A stretch of DNA of 64,000 nt from an uncultured archaeon (GCA_000965745.1 CP009479.1:864001-928000); one strand, 5' to 3'. Counted from the stretch's first letter, positions 19,841 to 29,275 are shown. Program-made: numbers and translations. Notes: generated from the letters alone by a model not told the origin.

Positions 19841-22186
19841 ATGATAAACCAGATCGTTAAGAGGGACGGAACAGTTGTGCCGTTCGATAAGACAAAAATC
19901 ACCAGGGCTATCTACAAGGCGATGCTCTCGGTGAAAAATGGCACCATGAATGATGCCGAAAAAATAGCCGACAAAGTAGTCAAGGAACTGGAAAAGAAAA
20001 AGGGAACGCCAACAGTTGAACAGATTCAGGATCTGGTAGAAAGTACCCTGATGACCACCAAGATTAACAACCAGCCCTTCAAGAACGTTGCAAAGACATA
20101 CATCCTTTACAGAGAAAAGAGAAGAACAATAAGGGAAGAGAAGGAGAGACTGGGCGTAAAAGATGATCTCAAGCTTTCAATAAACGCTGTTAAGGTGCTT
20201 GAAGCAAGATATCTTCTTAAGGATGAAGAAGGTAAGATTATAGAAACACCACGCCAGATGTTCAGAAGAGTTGCAATGCATCTAGGAATAGTGGACTCCC
20301 TTTACGATTACAAGTCATTCCAGAAAACTGGAAACGTCAGAAAAGACGGCAAAAAACTCTCATATCTGTCAAATACTCAAATAGAGACCCTCAATCGGGC
20401 GTTCGACAGCATGGTGGAGGATGGAGACCTGACAGGTTCGTTCGAAGAGTTTCTGGATTTTGTATATACAAACTACACCACTGCAGAAGAAACGATCAAC
20501 GAATTCGAGGAGATGATGCAGAACCTTGAGTTTGTGCCAAACTCACCAACCATGATGAACGCAGGCGCTAGGCTTGGCCAGCTTTCAGCATGTTTTGTGC
20601 TTCCAGTTGGCGACAGCATAGAAGACATCTTCGATGCAGTCAAGTACACTGCCCAGATACACAAGTCCGGCGGTGGAACTGGGTTTGCCTTTTCGCGCCT
20701 TAGGGCAAAGGATGACCTAGTAGGATCAACAAAGGGGGTAGCCTCCGGTCCGGTCTCCTTCATGCAGATATTCGACAAAACCACTGATGTTATAAAGCAG
20801 GGTGGAAAGAGAAGGGGAGCAAACATGGGAATCCTGAGGTATGATCATCCTGACATAATGGATTTCATCATGAGCAAGGACAACCAGAACACCAAATTGG
20901 CCAACTTCAACATATCAGTCGGAATGGAAGACGAATTCTTCGAAAAACTTGATCAGGATGGTTATGTAGAGCTCAGAAACCCAAGGTCAAGGAAGGTAGT
21001 CAACAGGATCAAAGCCTCCACTATGTGGGATGCAATCGTCAACCAGGCATGGAAGACCGCAGACCCCGGGCTGATCTTTCTGGATGAAATAAACAGGAAG
21101 AACCCGGTAAGGCACATCGCAGATATAGAGGCAACCAACCCGTGCGGAGAACAGCCTCTTATGCCCTATGAATCCTGCAACCTGGGCTCAATAAACCTTG
21201 CAAAGTTTGTCAAGGACGGGGAAATTGACTATGAGAGATTGAGGAGGGTGATCAGGCTTTCAACAAGATTCCTCGATAATGTAGTAGATGCGAACAACTT
21301 CCCGGTCGATCAGATCAAAAAGATGACAAGGAGCACCAGAAAGATCGGCCTAGGTATAATGGGATTCGCAGACATGCTGATAAAACTCGGCGTGAGATAC
21401 AACAGCGGGGAAGCGCTCGAAATGGCCGAGAAGATTATGAACTTCCTTCAGGAGGAATCACACATGGAGTCTGAGAGGCTCGCTGAAGAGAGAGGCGTCT
21501 TCCCTGGCTGGTACGGCTCAACCTGGCAGGAGATGGGCGTGAAGATGAGAAACTCTACTACAACTACCATAGCTCCGACAGGAACAATCTCAATAATCGC
21601 AGGTTGCTCATCAAGCATAGAGCCTATCTTTGCAATAGCATTCATGAGGCATGTCTTGAACGGTCAGGAACTTATTGAGGTCAACCCGCTGTTTGAATCA
21701 TATCTCAGGGAAAGGAACCTTTACTCGGAAGACCTCATGCACGAAGTAGCCAAGACAGGCAACCTGCACAACGTTGAACTTCCGCAGGAAGTCAAGGAAC
21801 TCTTTGTCACATCACACGAGATAGAGCCGGAATGGCATGTTCTTATGCAGGCCACATTCCAGAGGTATTGTGACTCCGGTGTTTCAAAGACAATAAACCT
21901 TCCAGCAGAGGCATCTCCGGGAGATATCGCAAAAGCCTACAGGATGGCAAAGGATCTCCACTGCAAGGGAATTACGGTCTACAGGGACAGGAGCAAATCT
22001 GAACAGGTTCTATACTCCGGAACAGAAAGCAAGAAGACGGAGGATAAGAAAGAAAGGGTCAAGGACGCACCTTCACATGAAGAGGAGGATAAAGTCATAG
22101 AACTTATAACGAAGGTTCCTGACAAGTACCTGAAGGTTGATGCAACCTTCGATCCTGCCTGCCCCACTGGAAAGTGTGACAAGTAG
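19841..22186 (+). CDS. nrdJ: Class II (adenosylcobalamin) ribonucleotide reductase with ATP cone
   Basis: IVKRDG ATP cone, PNSPT, SACF, RRGANM, TNPCGEQ, APTGT, C-terminal CPTGKC; no intein seen. Confidence 0.96.
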   Translation: MINQIVKRDGTVVPFDKTKITRAIYKAMLSVKNGTMNDAEKIADKVVKELEKKKGTPTVEQIQDLVESTLMTTKINNQPFKNVAKTYILYREKRRTIREEKERLGVKDDLKLSINAVKVLEARYLLKDEEGKIIETPRQMFRRVAMHLGIVDSLYDYKSFQKTGNVRKDGKKLSYLSNTQIETLNRAFDSMVEDGDLTGSFEEFLDFVYTNYTTAEETINEFEEMMQNLEFVPNSPTMMNAGARLGQLSACFVLPVGDSIEDIFDAVKYTAQIHKSGGGTGFAFSRLRAKDDLVGSTKGVASGPVSFMQIFDKTTDVIKQGGKRRGANMGILRYDHPDIMDFIMSKDNQNTKLANFNISVGMEDEFFEKLDQDGYVELRNPRSRKVVNRIKASTMWDAIVNQAWKTADPGLIFLDEINRKNPVRHIADIEATNPCGEQPLMPYESCNLGSINLAKFVKDGEIDYERLRRVIRLSTRFLDNVVDANNFPVDQIKKMTRSTRKIGLGIMGFADMLIKLGVRYNSGEALEMAEKIMNFLQEESHMESERLAEERGVFPGWYGSTWQEMGVKMRNSTTTTIAPTGTISIIAGCSSSIEPIFAIAFMRHVLNGQELIEVNPLFESYLRERNLYSEDLMHEVAKTGNLHNVELPQEVKELFVTSHEIEPEWHVLMQATFQRYCDSGVSKTINLPAEASPGDIAKAYRMAKDLHCKGITVYRDRSKSEQVLYSGTESKKTEDKKERVKDAPSHEEEDKVIELITKVPDKYLKVDATFDPACPTGKCDK

Positions 22187-22202
22187 TCTGCCATAATCCC
22201 CC

Positions 22203-22225
22203 CTTTTCTTTTTTTTTGATTTTTC
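22203..22225 (+). terminator. Oligo-T terminator after nrdJ
   Basis: ttttctttttttttgattttt about 17 nt after the stop codon. Confidence 0.55.
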
Positions 22226-22252
22226 AATAGCAGGATAAGTATAATATCTGGT

Positions 22253-22696
22253 TTGCTCATGCTATCTGGTATGGCAGAAAGGTCCAATTTGATAAGTATG
22301 CTTATTATGATCCAATTCACACTTCTCATTGTGGAATTTCTCGTAGGAATGTACCTCAACCTGTTTCCCCAAATAAATTTCCCACTCTCCATGGGGTCAG
22401 GTTTCAGCTCAGTGATGCTTTCTCTTGCTCCACACATGGCAATAGGAATACTGCTTTTCGTCATTGGCCTAGTGATAGTGATAATATCCGTAAGGGGAAA
22501 GGACCAGAGAATAAGGACAAGTTCAATACTCGCACTGCTGTTCATTATTCTTGCAGGAGTGGCTGGCTATATGTTTGCATTCCAGTCCGGATCAGACCTC
22601 ATGTCTTTCTCAATGGCAACAGGATTCGTCCTTGCGCTGATAATTTACATGATCCCCGTATCAGTTCTGATGAGATCCACTGGTCAGGTAGCATAA
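22253..22696 (+). CDS. Four-TM hypothetical membrane protein
   Basis: Four hydrophobic helices; QF..GM..NLF and H...G pattern. Confidence 0.65.
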   Translation: MLMLSGMAERSNLISMLIMIQFTLLIVEFLVGMYLNLFPQINFPLSMGSGFSSVMLSLAPHMAIGILLFVIGLVIVIISVRGKDQRIRTSSILALLFIILAGVAGYMFAFQSGSDLMSFSMATGFVLALIIYMIPVSVLMRSTGQVA

Positions 22697-22819
22697 CAGG
22701 GCATCAAGAAATATTAACGCAGTAGGAACAGATCATGGGATCAAAGTGGATTCGGTGAGAACATATCCGCCTGCGATACAGTAAATTAAATATTGTATCT
22801 ATTAATCCCTTTCAACAAA

Positions 22820-22904
22820 GCAGGGGTTGTCGAGATTGGTCAAAGGCGCTAGATTGAGGGTCTAGTCCCGTAGGGGTACGTGGGTTCAAATCCCATCCCC
22901 TGCA
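22820..22904 (+). tRNA. tRNA-Leu (GAG)
   Basis: GCAGGGG/CCCCTGC acceptor stem, CTAGA-TTGAGGG-TCTAG anticodon arm, long variable arm, GGTTCAAATCC T arm; no encoded CCA. Confidence 0.96.
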
Positions 22905-22905
22905 T
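22894..22905 (+). repeat. attL core (tRNA-Leu 3' end)
   Basis: CATCCCCTGCAT followed by acc-TCCAAAT. Confidence 0.8.
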
Positions 22906-23166
22906 ACCTCCAAATGTTCAAAACACTACACCAGCAAACGATCCATTTTTGTAACTCTTTAAATACTAAGCGTAATTCATACTACTATATTCATATTTAA
23001 ACATCACTAATTGTGTTTTAAACACATACTCTTTGAGAAGGAATTGTCGGAATTGGCATAGGAAAATGGTTTCCCCATTCTATTAGGTTGAACCTTACAG
23101 CGGCATAGAAAATTCCAAATTTCCGCCTTGTAGAGAAAAATATTAACGAAGATTTAAATTATTGGG

Positions 23167-24237
23167 GTGCCTGTAATACGTAAGGATATGATCGAAGAAA
23201 GCAATCCAGCAGAGGATTCAATTCGACACTTTGCGGCCCAGGCATCTGCTTTTAAAAGTCACAAGAAAGCAAGGGACGCTGCATTTAAAGCTTGGAGAAC
23301 AATGAGAGCTAGAGAGCTTGAAATAGCTTCTAGGGGAGTTCCAAGGCTAGATAAATTCAACAAAGACGCATACCTAGTTCCAGAAGGCGTCAGCTTCTCG
23401 ACATACAGGACTTCTTCTCCTTTAGTTAAAACCTCAAAGCTAACGAGCAAGGAAAATGGCGGTGTTGGGAAGGAACTCTCAGACGGTTGGGTAGCAAATT
23501 ATGCTACAGGATGCACTCATGGATGCAAATTCTGCTACGTGGATGCAATCCATAAAAAATTTGGTCAGAAAAGGGTTGGCAGTATTGTGTATGATGACTG
23601 GGGAGATTACTTTGCTATCCCTTCCAATCTGGACGAGGTTATTGAAAATACTAAGTGGAAGAGGTGGAGCGGGACTGAAGTGATGCTTTCATCAACTCAT
23701 GACCCATATCTTCCTCAGGTTAACAAGTACACAAGAAAAATCCTCGAAAAGGCTCTTCCCGAAGGGGTAAAATTCTGCATACAAACGAGAAATCCACTTG
23801 TGGAGCGTGATATGGAGCTTATAAGTCAATACCGGGACCAAGTGAGACTTCAGGTGTCCATAGCATCAATGAATGAGGATCTCTCCAGAGCTATAGAACC
23901 AAGGGTAGTTAAACCAGAAAGAAGACTGCAAATCCTCGAAAAGGCTAGAGAACATGGGCTGAATACCGGAGTCATAATAGCTCCTGTATTCCCGGAACTA
24001 AAAATCAGACCACACGTTTATGCAGACATAAAAGCCATTGCCTCAAGACTAGAGACATTTAGGCCAGACCACATATATGGCGAATCACTGCATCTAAGGG
24101 GAATAAACATAGCATATGTTGAAGATGCACTTGGGCAAGCAGTGAATATCGATGGGTTTGACAAAAAGGCGGAAGAATGGTTCCACAAAGCCTTAAGTTG
24201 CTATAATCTGAAAGGAATTTGGTGGAAGGAGTTTTGA
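23167..24237 (+). CDS. Radical SAM protein, SplB/spore-photoproduct-lyase-like
   Basis: NYATGCTHGCKFCY (CxxxCxxC), SSTHDPY, TRNPL..RD, IEP...PERRL, IAPVFP. Confidence 0.85.
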   Translation: MPVIRKDMIEESNPAEDSIRHFAAQASAFKSHKKARDAAFKAWRTMRARELEIASRGVPRLDKFNKDAYLVPEGVSFSTYRTSSPLVKTSKLTSKENGGVGKELSDGWVANYATGCTHGCKFCYVDAIHKKFGQKRVGSIVYDDWGDYFAIPSNLDEVIENTKWKRWSGTEVMLSSTHDPYLPQVNKYTRKILEKALPEGVKFCIQTRNPLVERDMELISQYRDQVRLQVSIASMNEDLSRAIEPRVVKPERRLQILEKAREHGLNTGVIIAPVFPELKIRPHVYADIKAIASRLETFRPDHIYGESLHLRGINIAYVEDALGQAVNIDGFDKKAEEWFHKALSCYNLKGIWWKEF

Positions 24238-24244
24238 ACTATTC

Positions 24245-25255
24245 TTATTCAGTATCAAACTTCAGGGTCTGTTGTTCAAAACATTTGTTAAGGGCTGTCT
24301 CAGCATCTTGTCCAGTGACATTTTCAAGATGGTAGGCTATCCAGTTAACAGACTTGACCCAATCACTTCCGGTTAGTGTATTTCTCGTGTAATAACCTAA
24401 GTGATATACGGGTGTATTTTTACGGGAATAAATTGGGAAAGCTTGCCCCTTCTCTTTTCCTATGCTATCTTCGAATTGTTTGTTCAACAGGCTTCTATAG
24501 GTTCCCTTCGAGTTTAGGTCGTTCATTTCAACATCAAGTATTTCCTTCAACTCCTCTGGGGTTTTGCCCAAACTGGTGCATATTGCCTTTACATAACCTA
24601 GATTACCTTTCTTCAGGGCACCATAAACTCGTTCAGATCCAGAGCTAATATTCACTAGGTAATCAACCCCTAAGTATTTTGAAGATAGGTATCTGTAAGT
24701 TCTCCAGTCAGTTTCCATTCCTTCTTGGTCCCCAAGGGCAAAAATAAGTGGCTTTTCAAATTTTTCTTCTATCAATTTGACGGCTTCACCGATTTTTTTA
24801 TTACAGTTGCCCTCGATTACATGAAACTTATCTTGAAGCCCCATTTGACCAACCCTACTTTTCAAGAGGCGAGCTCTCTCTTCGTTGCTCTCAATAAATA
24901 TCGCCATGTCAAATTCTCTGTTTCCCTCTTGTTCCACGGTTGCCGCAAAAGGAGATCCCACAACAGCTCTAAGTTTGCTACCTCTCTTGCCTCTAGTGAC
25001 AGTAAGGCCACCTCCCGCGTACAGGTCAAGATAAATAGCTCCGTCATAATTTGCAGAAATAGCTTTTTCTCCCTTAGCTACCATCAGAAATCTGCTTGCA
25101 ATGCTCCTCACTGCAACCAGTTTAGACAGCGTATAGGGCTTATAACTCACATCGTGGCTCGATGGTTCAAACACTTTTGCTAGCCTGACAATAGTTTCTA
25201 TTCTGTCGCTTAAATATTTGATAGAGGCATCAATACTCGGTTTCCTGACTTCCAA
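24245..25255 (-). CDS. TcmP-like (three-Cys-motif partner) Rossmann-fold methyltransferase
   Basis: T.SKL, YLDLYAGGG, GSP, FIE, GNCN, DQEG..W pattern of the TcmP/GMT family. Confidence 0.75.
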   Translation of the reverse strand: MEVRKPSIDASIKYLSDRIETIVRLAKVFEPSSHDVSYKPYTLSKLVAVRSIASRFLMVAKGEKAISANYDGAIYLDLYAGGGLTVTRGKRGSKLRAVVGSPFAATVEQEGNREFDMAIFIESNEERARLLKSRVGQMGLQDKFHVIEGNCNKKIGEAVKLIEEKFEKPLIFALGDQEGMETDWRTYRYLSSKYLGVDYLVNISSGSERVYGALKKGNLGYVKAICTSLGKTPEELKEILDVEMNDLNSKGTYRSLLNKQFEDSIGKEKGQAFPIYSRKNTPVYHLGYYTRNTLTGSDWVKSVNWIAYHLENVTGQDAETALNKCFEQQTLKFDTE

Positions 25256-25523
25256 TTTAAAGATCAGTTTATATCATGAAACTGACCATAAAAAAATGTA
25301 TCGGTCAAGCAGCCCTTGAATATTTCTCAATAGACTTCTTAATTGATGACATGACTTCAGAGAAACAAGTGCTGCTTACTAAGAGTTTTTGATACCATAG
25401 TATCAAATTTGTGGAGTTAGCGGAATACCATCTCTCCGAGAAACAGTTTTTTGTAGAGACTGACTGCTAACGATTATTAGCAGAGTAATCGCTTTGAAAA
25501 CCAGTATCAGAAAGGGTTTGCAG

Positions 25524-25569
25524 AGGGGGATAATGCCAGGGTATATTACCCCCTTTGACAATTATATAA
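25524..25569 (+). promoter_or_regulatory. Promoter of the element replication operon: inverted repeat plus TATA box
   Basis: AGGGGG(A)TAAT...ATTACCCCCT (25524-25554), then TTATATAA (25562-25569) about 25 nt before the RHH ATG. Confidence 0.55.
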
Positions 25570-25594
25570 GTAGAACACAGGAAGTGATGAGAAA

Positions 25595-25801
25595 ATGGTT
25601 GACAGAATAAGTGTAGCTTGCCATGATGACTTCTTGGAAAGTCTTGATAAGCTTTCAGAAAGGCTTACGCTCTCCAGAAGTGCAACGCTAAGGCTAGGAG
25701 TGTATGAGTTGGCTAAAAAGGAAGGTATGGGCCCTGGTGACGTTAACACCAGGAATCCCGTGGACAGTTCCCAGGAGTTGAACCAAGGAGAGTCCGTATG
25801 A
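25595..25801 (+). CDS. CopG/ribbon-helix-helix DNA-binding protein
   Basis: RISVA beta strand, LDKLSERLTLSRSATLR helix-helix. Confidence 0.8.
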   Translation: MVDRISVACHDDFLESLDKLSERLTLSRSATLRLGVYELAKKEGMGPGDVNTRNPVDSSQELNQGESV

Positions 25802-25932
25802 AAGATACAAACTTTGCTAATAAACATTCGCAATCAGACCGTAAAAATACAGGTTCTCCAGCTAACAATAGGGCTGAACGGATGAAAGAATACATGGATC
25901 TCCTGGACGAGCTCTTTGAGGGTGTTGAGTGA
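25798..25932 (+). CDS. Small hypothetical protein (44 aa)
   Basis: ATGA overlap with the RHH gene, GGAG RBS, abuts the helicase gene. Confidence 0.5.
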   Translation: MKDTNFANKHSQSDRKNTGSPANNRAERMKEYMDLLDELFEGVE

Positions 25933-25943
25933 GGAGGACCAAA

Positions 25944-28094
25944 ATGCAACCAAGTGGTTATTCTGCACTTTCAGTGGCCTTAAGTCCTGGTCAGATAGAT
26001 GAGTTTGAGAAACGCCTGCAGTTCCTCACAGAAGGTCGTTCAAAGAAATTCAGCGAGGTTTTGTCACAATATTCTGCGGTCGCAATCACTTTGCATCAGG
26101 CAAAGGAAATTGATCGCCTGAGAGGGATTCAAAGCAAACTGGTCAGGGTGTATGACATTTACAGCGGATATGACCAGCCCGACCCCGCTCCAGAGCTAGT
26201 TGAGGGATGGATGGAATCTGTAAGAGAGGAGGTCATCAATAAGAACGAAGTTGACCGTCAAAAGCTAGCCCAGGAAATAAACGAGGAATACGGGTTTGCC
26301 AATCTAAATGGTGTCGAGTTCCTTAGATACGATGATGCTGAAGGATATTGGAAGCCTGATGCTGAGTTGTTCATAGGGAAGATAGTCAGACATGTTCTGC
26401 CCGATGAGTCCACACAACATATTGTCAATGAGGTTTGCCATTGGATTAAGGACTATAGACTATTAGCAAACCCTTCTGAATTTGAGAAAGTCCCTGATGG
26501 GTTGATAAATATGCCAAGAGGTGTGTTCAACATCAGAACGGGAAAGCTGGAACCCCACAATCCAGACTACCACTTCAGATATGTGTTGCCTTTCAACTAC
26601 AATCACAGGGCCAGGAAGTCCAAGTTCATGAAGGTCCTTTCCGAGATTACTGAGGATGACCCCCGTAAAGCTGTTAGGGTTCTAGAGATGTTTGCATGGG
26701 TCCTCATTCCTGGATATCCCATACAGAAAGCTATTGCACTGTATGGGAACGGAAACAATGGAAAATCAGTGATTTTGGGAGTTCTGTCTGCATTTGTAGG
26801 CTCCCTAAATGTCTCTGGCGTCACTATGCAGCAGTTATGTGACAACAGATTTGCCGCAGCAAATCTTAGAGGGGCCCTTGCCAACATCTCAGGAGATGTC
26901 GGTGCAGGTGCATTACTGGACACCTCTCAGTTCAAGCAGGCAACGGGAGGGGACAGAATAGATGCGGAGAAGAAGGGCGTTCAGGAACCCTTACGGTTCT
27001 GGAACACAGCTAAGATGATCTTCTCCTTCAATACTCTTCCAAGAACCAGAGATACCACTAATGCGTATTTCAGGCGGTTTGAGTTAATTGAGTTGGTACA
27101 GGACTTTGAAGGCAGAGAGGACAAGAAGCTTCTGAGCAAGCTCACAACAGAGGATGAGTTGCAGTCCATATTCAACACAGTCAGTTCGGTATTCCTGCCA
27201 GCGCTCCTGGATAAGCTGGAGTTCGAGTTCGGAAAGAAGGCTGATGAAATCAGGACAAATTACGAATTGAATGCAAATTCCGCTCTTGCATTCATAGATG
27301 AAAGAATAGCGCCTAACAGCATTGGACAGATACTTTCCCAAGACCTATATGCCAAATATACTGAATGGTGCAAGGAAAAAGGAGTTGTTGCACTCTCAGA
27401 GGAATCCTTCGGAAGTGCACTCATCAAGCTGTCAGGCATAGAAGGGGTTTTTAAGTCTCGAAAGCAGGAGAACGGTGTCAGGAAAAACTACTACGTTGGA
27501 ATATCTTTGACAACACCTGAGAATGATTCTAACAAACCTAAAAACAAGGAAGAGACCCCGACCTATGGCACGTTTGAAGAGGCAGTATTAGACTATATTT
27601 CCAATCACTTCAAGGACCGGAGTGCCATAGGTGGCATAGTATCTGTACTCCCGGATGGTTTGGGAAACGGTACGAGAGTACAAAACCCATGCCACCTATG
27701 GCAGCAAAAGAGAACCATACTCTCAAAAGATGCCGTAATAGCATCTCCAGAGAAGTGCCATAGCTTATCGGTACCTATGGCAGAAGATGATTCCAAAGAC
27801 TGTGTCTCCCCATCTGAAGTTGACGACATCAGCGAAAGTAATGAAAACGAGGGAGTGCAGACAGATACTGAAAAATCACTGCTTGAAAGAGTTATCGACC
27901 TTCTTACTGATTGTACATACAACACCACAGAGAAATTCAGATCTGTTCAGTATCTTGCTGAAGCAGCAATAGACGGAGACATCACACATAGCACAATCTA
28001 CGAGGCTCTGGAGGAAGGGGTTAGCCGGGGACAGGTAGTCAAGAAGGGTGCAAAGTACGGATTCAAGTGTTACGTTGGAGGTGATTCAACATGA
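25944..28094 (+). CDS. SF3 (D5/P4-family) replicative helicase, no recognisable primase domain
   Basis: INMPRGVFNI..G.LEPH.P (D5_N), GNGNNGKS Walker A, FKQATGGD.IDAEKK, FSFN.LP, AYFRRF, LYAKYTEWC wHTH; GAGGAGG RBS. Confidence 0.9.
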   Translation: MQPSGYSALSVALSPGQIDEFEKRLQFLTEGRSKKFSEVLSQYSAVAITLHQAKEIDRLRGIQSKLVRVYDIYSGYDQPDPAPELVEGWMESVREEVINKNEVDRQKLAQEINEEYGFANLNGVEFLRYDDAEGYWKPDAELFIGKIVRHVLPDESTQHIVNEVCHWIKDYRLLANPSEFEKVPDGLINMPRGVFNIRTGKLEPHNPDYHFRYVLPFNYNHRARKSKFMKVLSEITEDDPRKAVRVLEMFAWVLIPGYPIQKAIALYGNGNNGKSVILGVLSAFVGSLNVSGVTMQQLCDNRFAAANLRGALANISGDVGAGALLDTSQFKQATGGDRIDAEKKGVQEPLRFWNTAKMIFSFNTLPRTRDTTNAYFRRFELIELVQDFEGREDKKLLSKLTTEDELQSIFNTVSSVFLPALLDKLEFEFGKKADEIRTNYELNANSALAFIDERIAPNSIGQILSQDLYAKYTEWCKEKGVVALSEESFGSALIKLSGIEGVFKSRKQENGVRKNYYVGISLTTPENDSNKPKNKEETPTYGTFEEAVLDYISNHFKDRSAIGGIVSVLPDGLGNGTRVQNPCHLWQQKRTILSKDAVIASPEKCHSLSVPMAEDDSKDCVSPSEVDDISESNENEGVQTDTEKSLLERVIDLLTDCTYNTTEKFRSVQYLAEAAIDGDITHSTIYEALEEGVSRGQVVKKGAKYGFKCYVGGDST
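27563..27782. repeat. Iteron-like TGCCATAG/CTATGGCA array inside the helicase gene (putative origin)
   Basis: Five exact octamers in alternating orientation, including a perfect 15-bp inverted repeat at 27623-27637 / 27689-27703. Confidence 0.75.
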
Positions 28095-28282
28095 TCCCTT
28101 CACTTGAATCATTCGAGACCAAACAGCAGGACACCATGATACTGGTTGCCATTTCGCAGGACTTCAATGTTGCCTGGAAGGACCGGGACTGGTATCTGCA
28201 CGAACAGGGCCTCGTATATCTTGATGTGGAGCTCGCTGAAATGCTGATTCAGAGGGGCATTGCCAGGAGGGTGAGAAGATGA
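28091..28282 (+). CDS. GINS B-domain-like miniprotein
   Basis: ILVAISQDF...YL..QGLVYL..ELAEMLIQRGIARRV matches the GINS beta-domain pattern; ATGA-coupled to the helicase. Confidence 0.6.
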   Translation: MIPSLESFETKQQDTMILVAISQDFNVAWKDRDWYLHEQGLVYLDVELAEMLIQRGIARRVRR

Positions 28283-28638
28283 AACGAGGACTGAATCCGG
28301 GGAAATCGCTCGCAGACAAGCTCCAGCTATTGCCCAAGAAGGTCCCCAGACTCATCCAGGAAAACCTGGATGGGATAGCATCTCCATACCTTGGAAATAT
28401 TGTGGTTATCTCTGACCAGGGGCAACAGGATGCACTGGGCAGTGAGATTATCAGTTTTCTTGAGGCCGAGGGGTTTGCTCTGGAGGCCGCACCCGTATAT
28501 GTGCGACACAAGGATCACATTGGAAAGGTCTGGAAGTTTTCGCTGGGGCTCTATGTCAGTCTGTTCTACCGCGTACAGGAAGCAAATAACATCTCAATCA
28601 CTGGAAGGATTGCAAGGGTCCAGGGGAGGTTCCCATGA
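28279..28638 (+). CDS. Hypothetical element protein
   Basis: ATGA-coupled in the operon, RBS GGAGG. Confidence 0.7.
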   Translation: MKRGLNPGKSLADKLQLLPKKVPRLIQENLDGIASPYLGNIVVISDQGQQDALGSEIISFLEAEGFALEAAPVYVRHKDHIGKVWKFSLGLYVSLFYRVQEANNISITGRIARVQGRFP

Positions 28639-28838
28639 AATTCGGAAAATACTCTGTCTCGGAGGTTCAGAAATTCAAGGGCCAACTCGTGAAGGTCTAT
28701 TACTTCGATGTCAACAAGGGCCTGGTCACCCACGCTGGCGAAGTGCTGAATCGTTCATTCAAGTATCTGCCCGTAGAATCTCGGACCTGGAGGAAGAGGA
28801 TACCCCTGGAGCAAATCGTGGAGGTCCAGGAAATATGA
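28635..28838 (+). CDS. Small beta-rich hypothetical protein (possibly SH3/Sm-like)
   Basis: ATGA-coupled, GGAGGT RBS; KG.LVKV...G.V...RIPLEQI.EV pattern. Confidence 0.6.
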   Translation: MKFGKYSVSEVQKFKGQLVKVYYFDVNKGLVTHAGEVLNRSFKYLPVESRTWRKRIPLEQIVEVQEI

Positions 28839-28969
28839 CTCTCAGAAAGCTACTCATCAGAATATACGAGAACTATCTCTGGCTAGCATACTACAGGCTG
28901 AAATCACGCATTTTCGGGGAGCCTGAATACATATTTCTTGGGGAGGATGACAATGCAGATCGCCCGTGA
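28835..28969 (+). CDS. Small hypothetical protein (44 aa)
   Basis: ATGA-coupled, GGAGGT RBS; MTLRKLLIRIYENYLW... Confidence 0.5.
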   Translation: MTLRKLLIRIYENYLWLAYYRLKSRIFGEPEYIFLGEDDNADRP

Positions 28970-29213
28970 GGAAAGGGAAAGGGCCCGAATCCTTTGGCTG
29001 GTGAAAGAGTCAGAATGGCAATCGGCCAAGCATATAGCTGCGAGATACCAGGAACTGTATCACGAAGAGATGAGCGTCCAGAAAGTCAAGAATATCCTGC
29101 AGCTCTTCATAGATGAGGGTCTCATAAGAGCCAAATCAACAAGACAGCGGAATTTCGCCAGGAATGTCTATTCCAGGAATGAGCCAACACTTATAAGCGA
29201 GGAAAAACTATAA
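28953..29213 (+). CDS. Winged helix-turn-helix protein
   Basis: RILWLVK...SAKHIA...SVQKVKNILQLFIDEGLI. Confidence 0.75.
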   Translation: MQIAREERERARILWLVKESEWQSAKHIAARYQELYHEEMSVQKVKNILQLFIDEGLIRAKSTRQRNFARNVYSRNEPTLISEEKL

Positions 29214-29250
29214 TTTATTAGGTGTTGAACCAACCATTGTGAGGCAACTC

Positions 29251-29275
29251 TGGGGCAGAGTCAACCACTGCCCCA
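29251..29275. terminator. GC-rich hairpin between the replication and structural operons
   Basis: TGGGGCAG-N9-CTGCCCCA followed by a T-rich tract. Confidence 0.45.

Noticed and set aside
19841-22186. Intein in nrdJ
   Set aside because: Length is normal and there are no splicing motifs; the short insertion near residues 150-215 is not intein-like
28391-28834. 192-aa ORF overlapping two element genes
   Set aside because: Only its last 44 codons have an RBS and coupled start; the rest is a shadow frame
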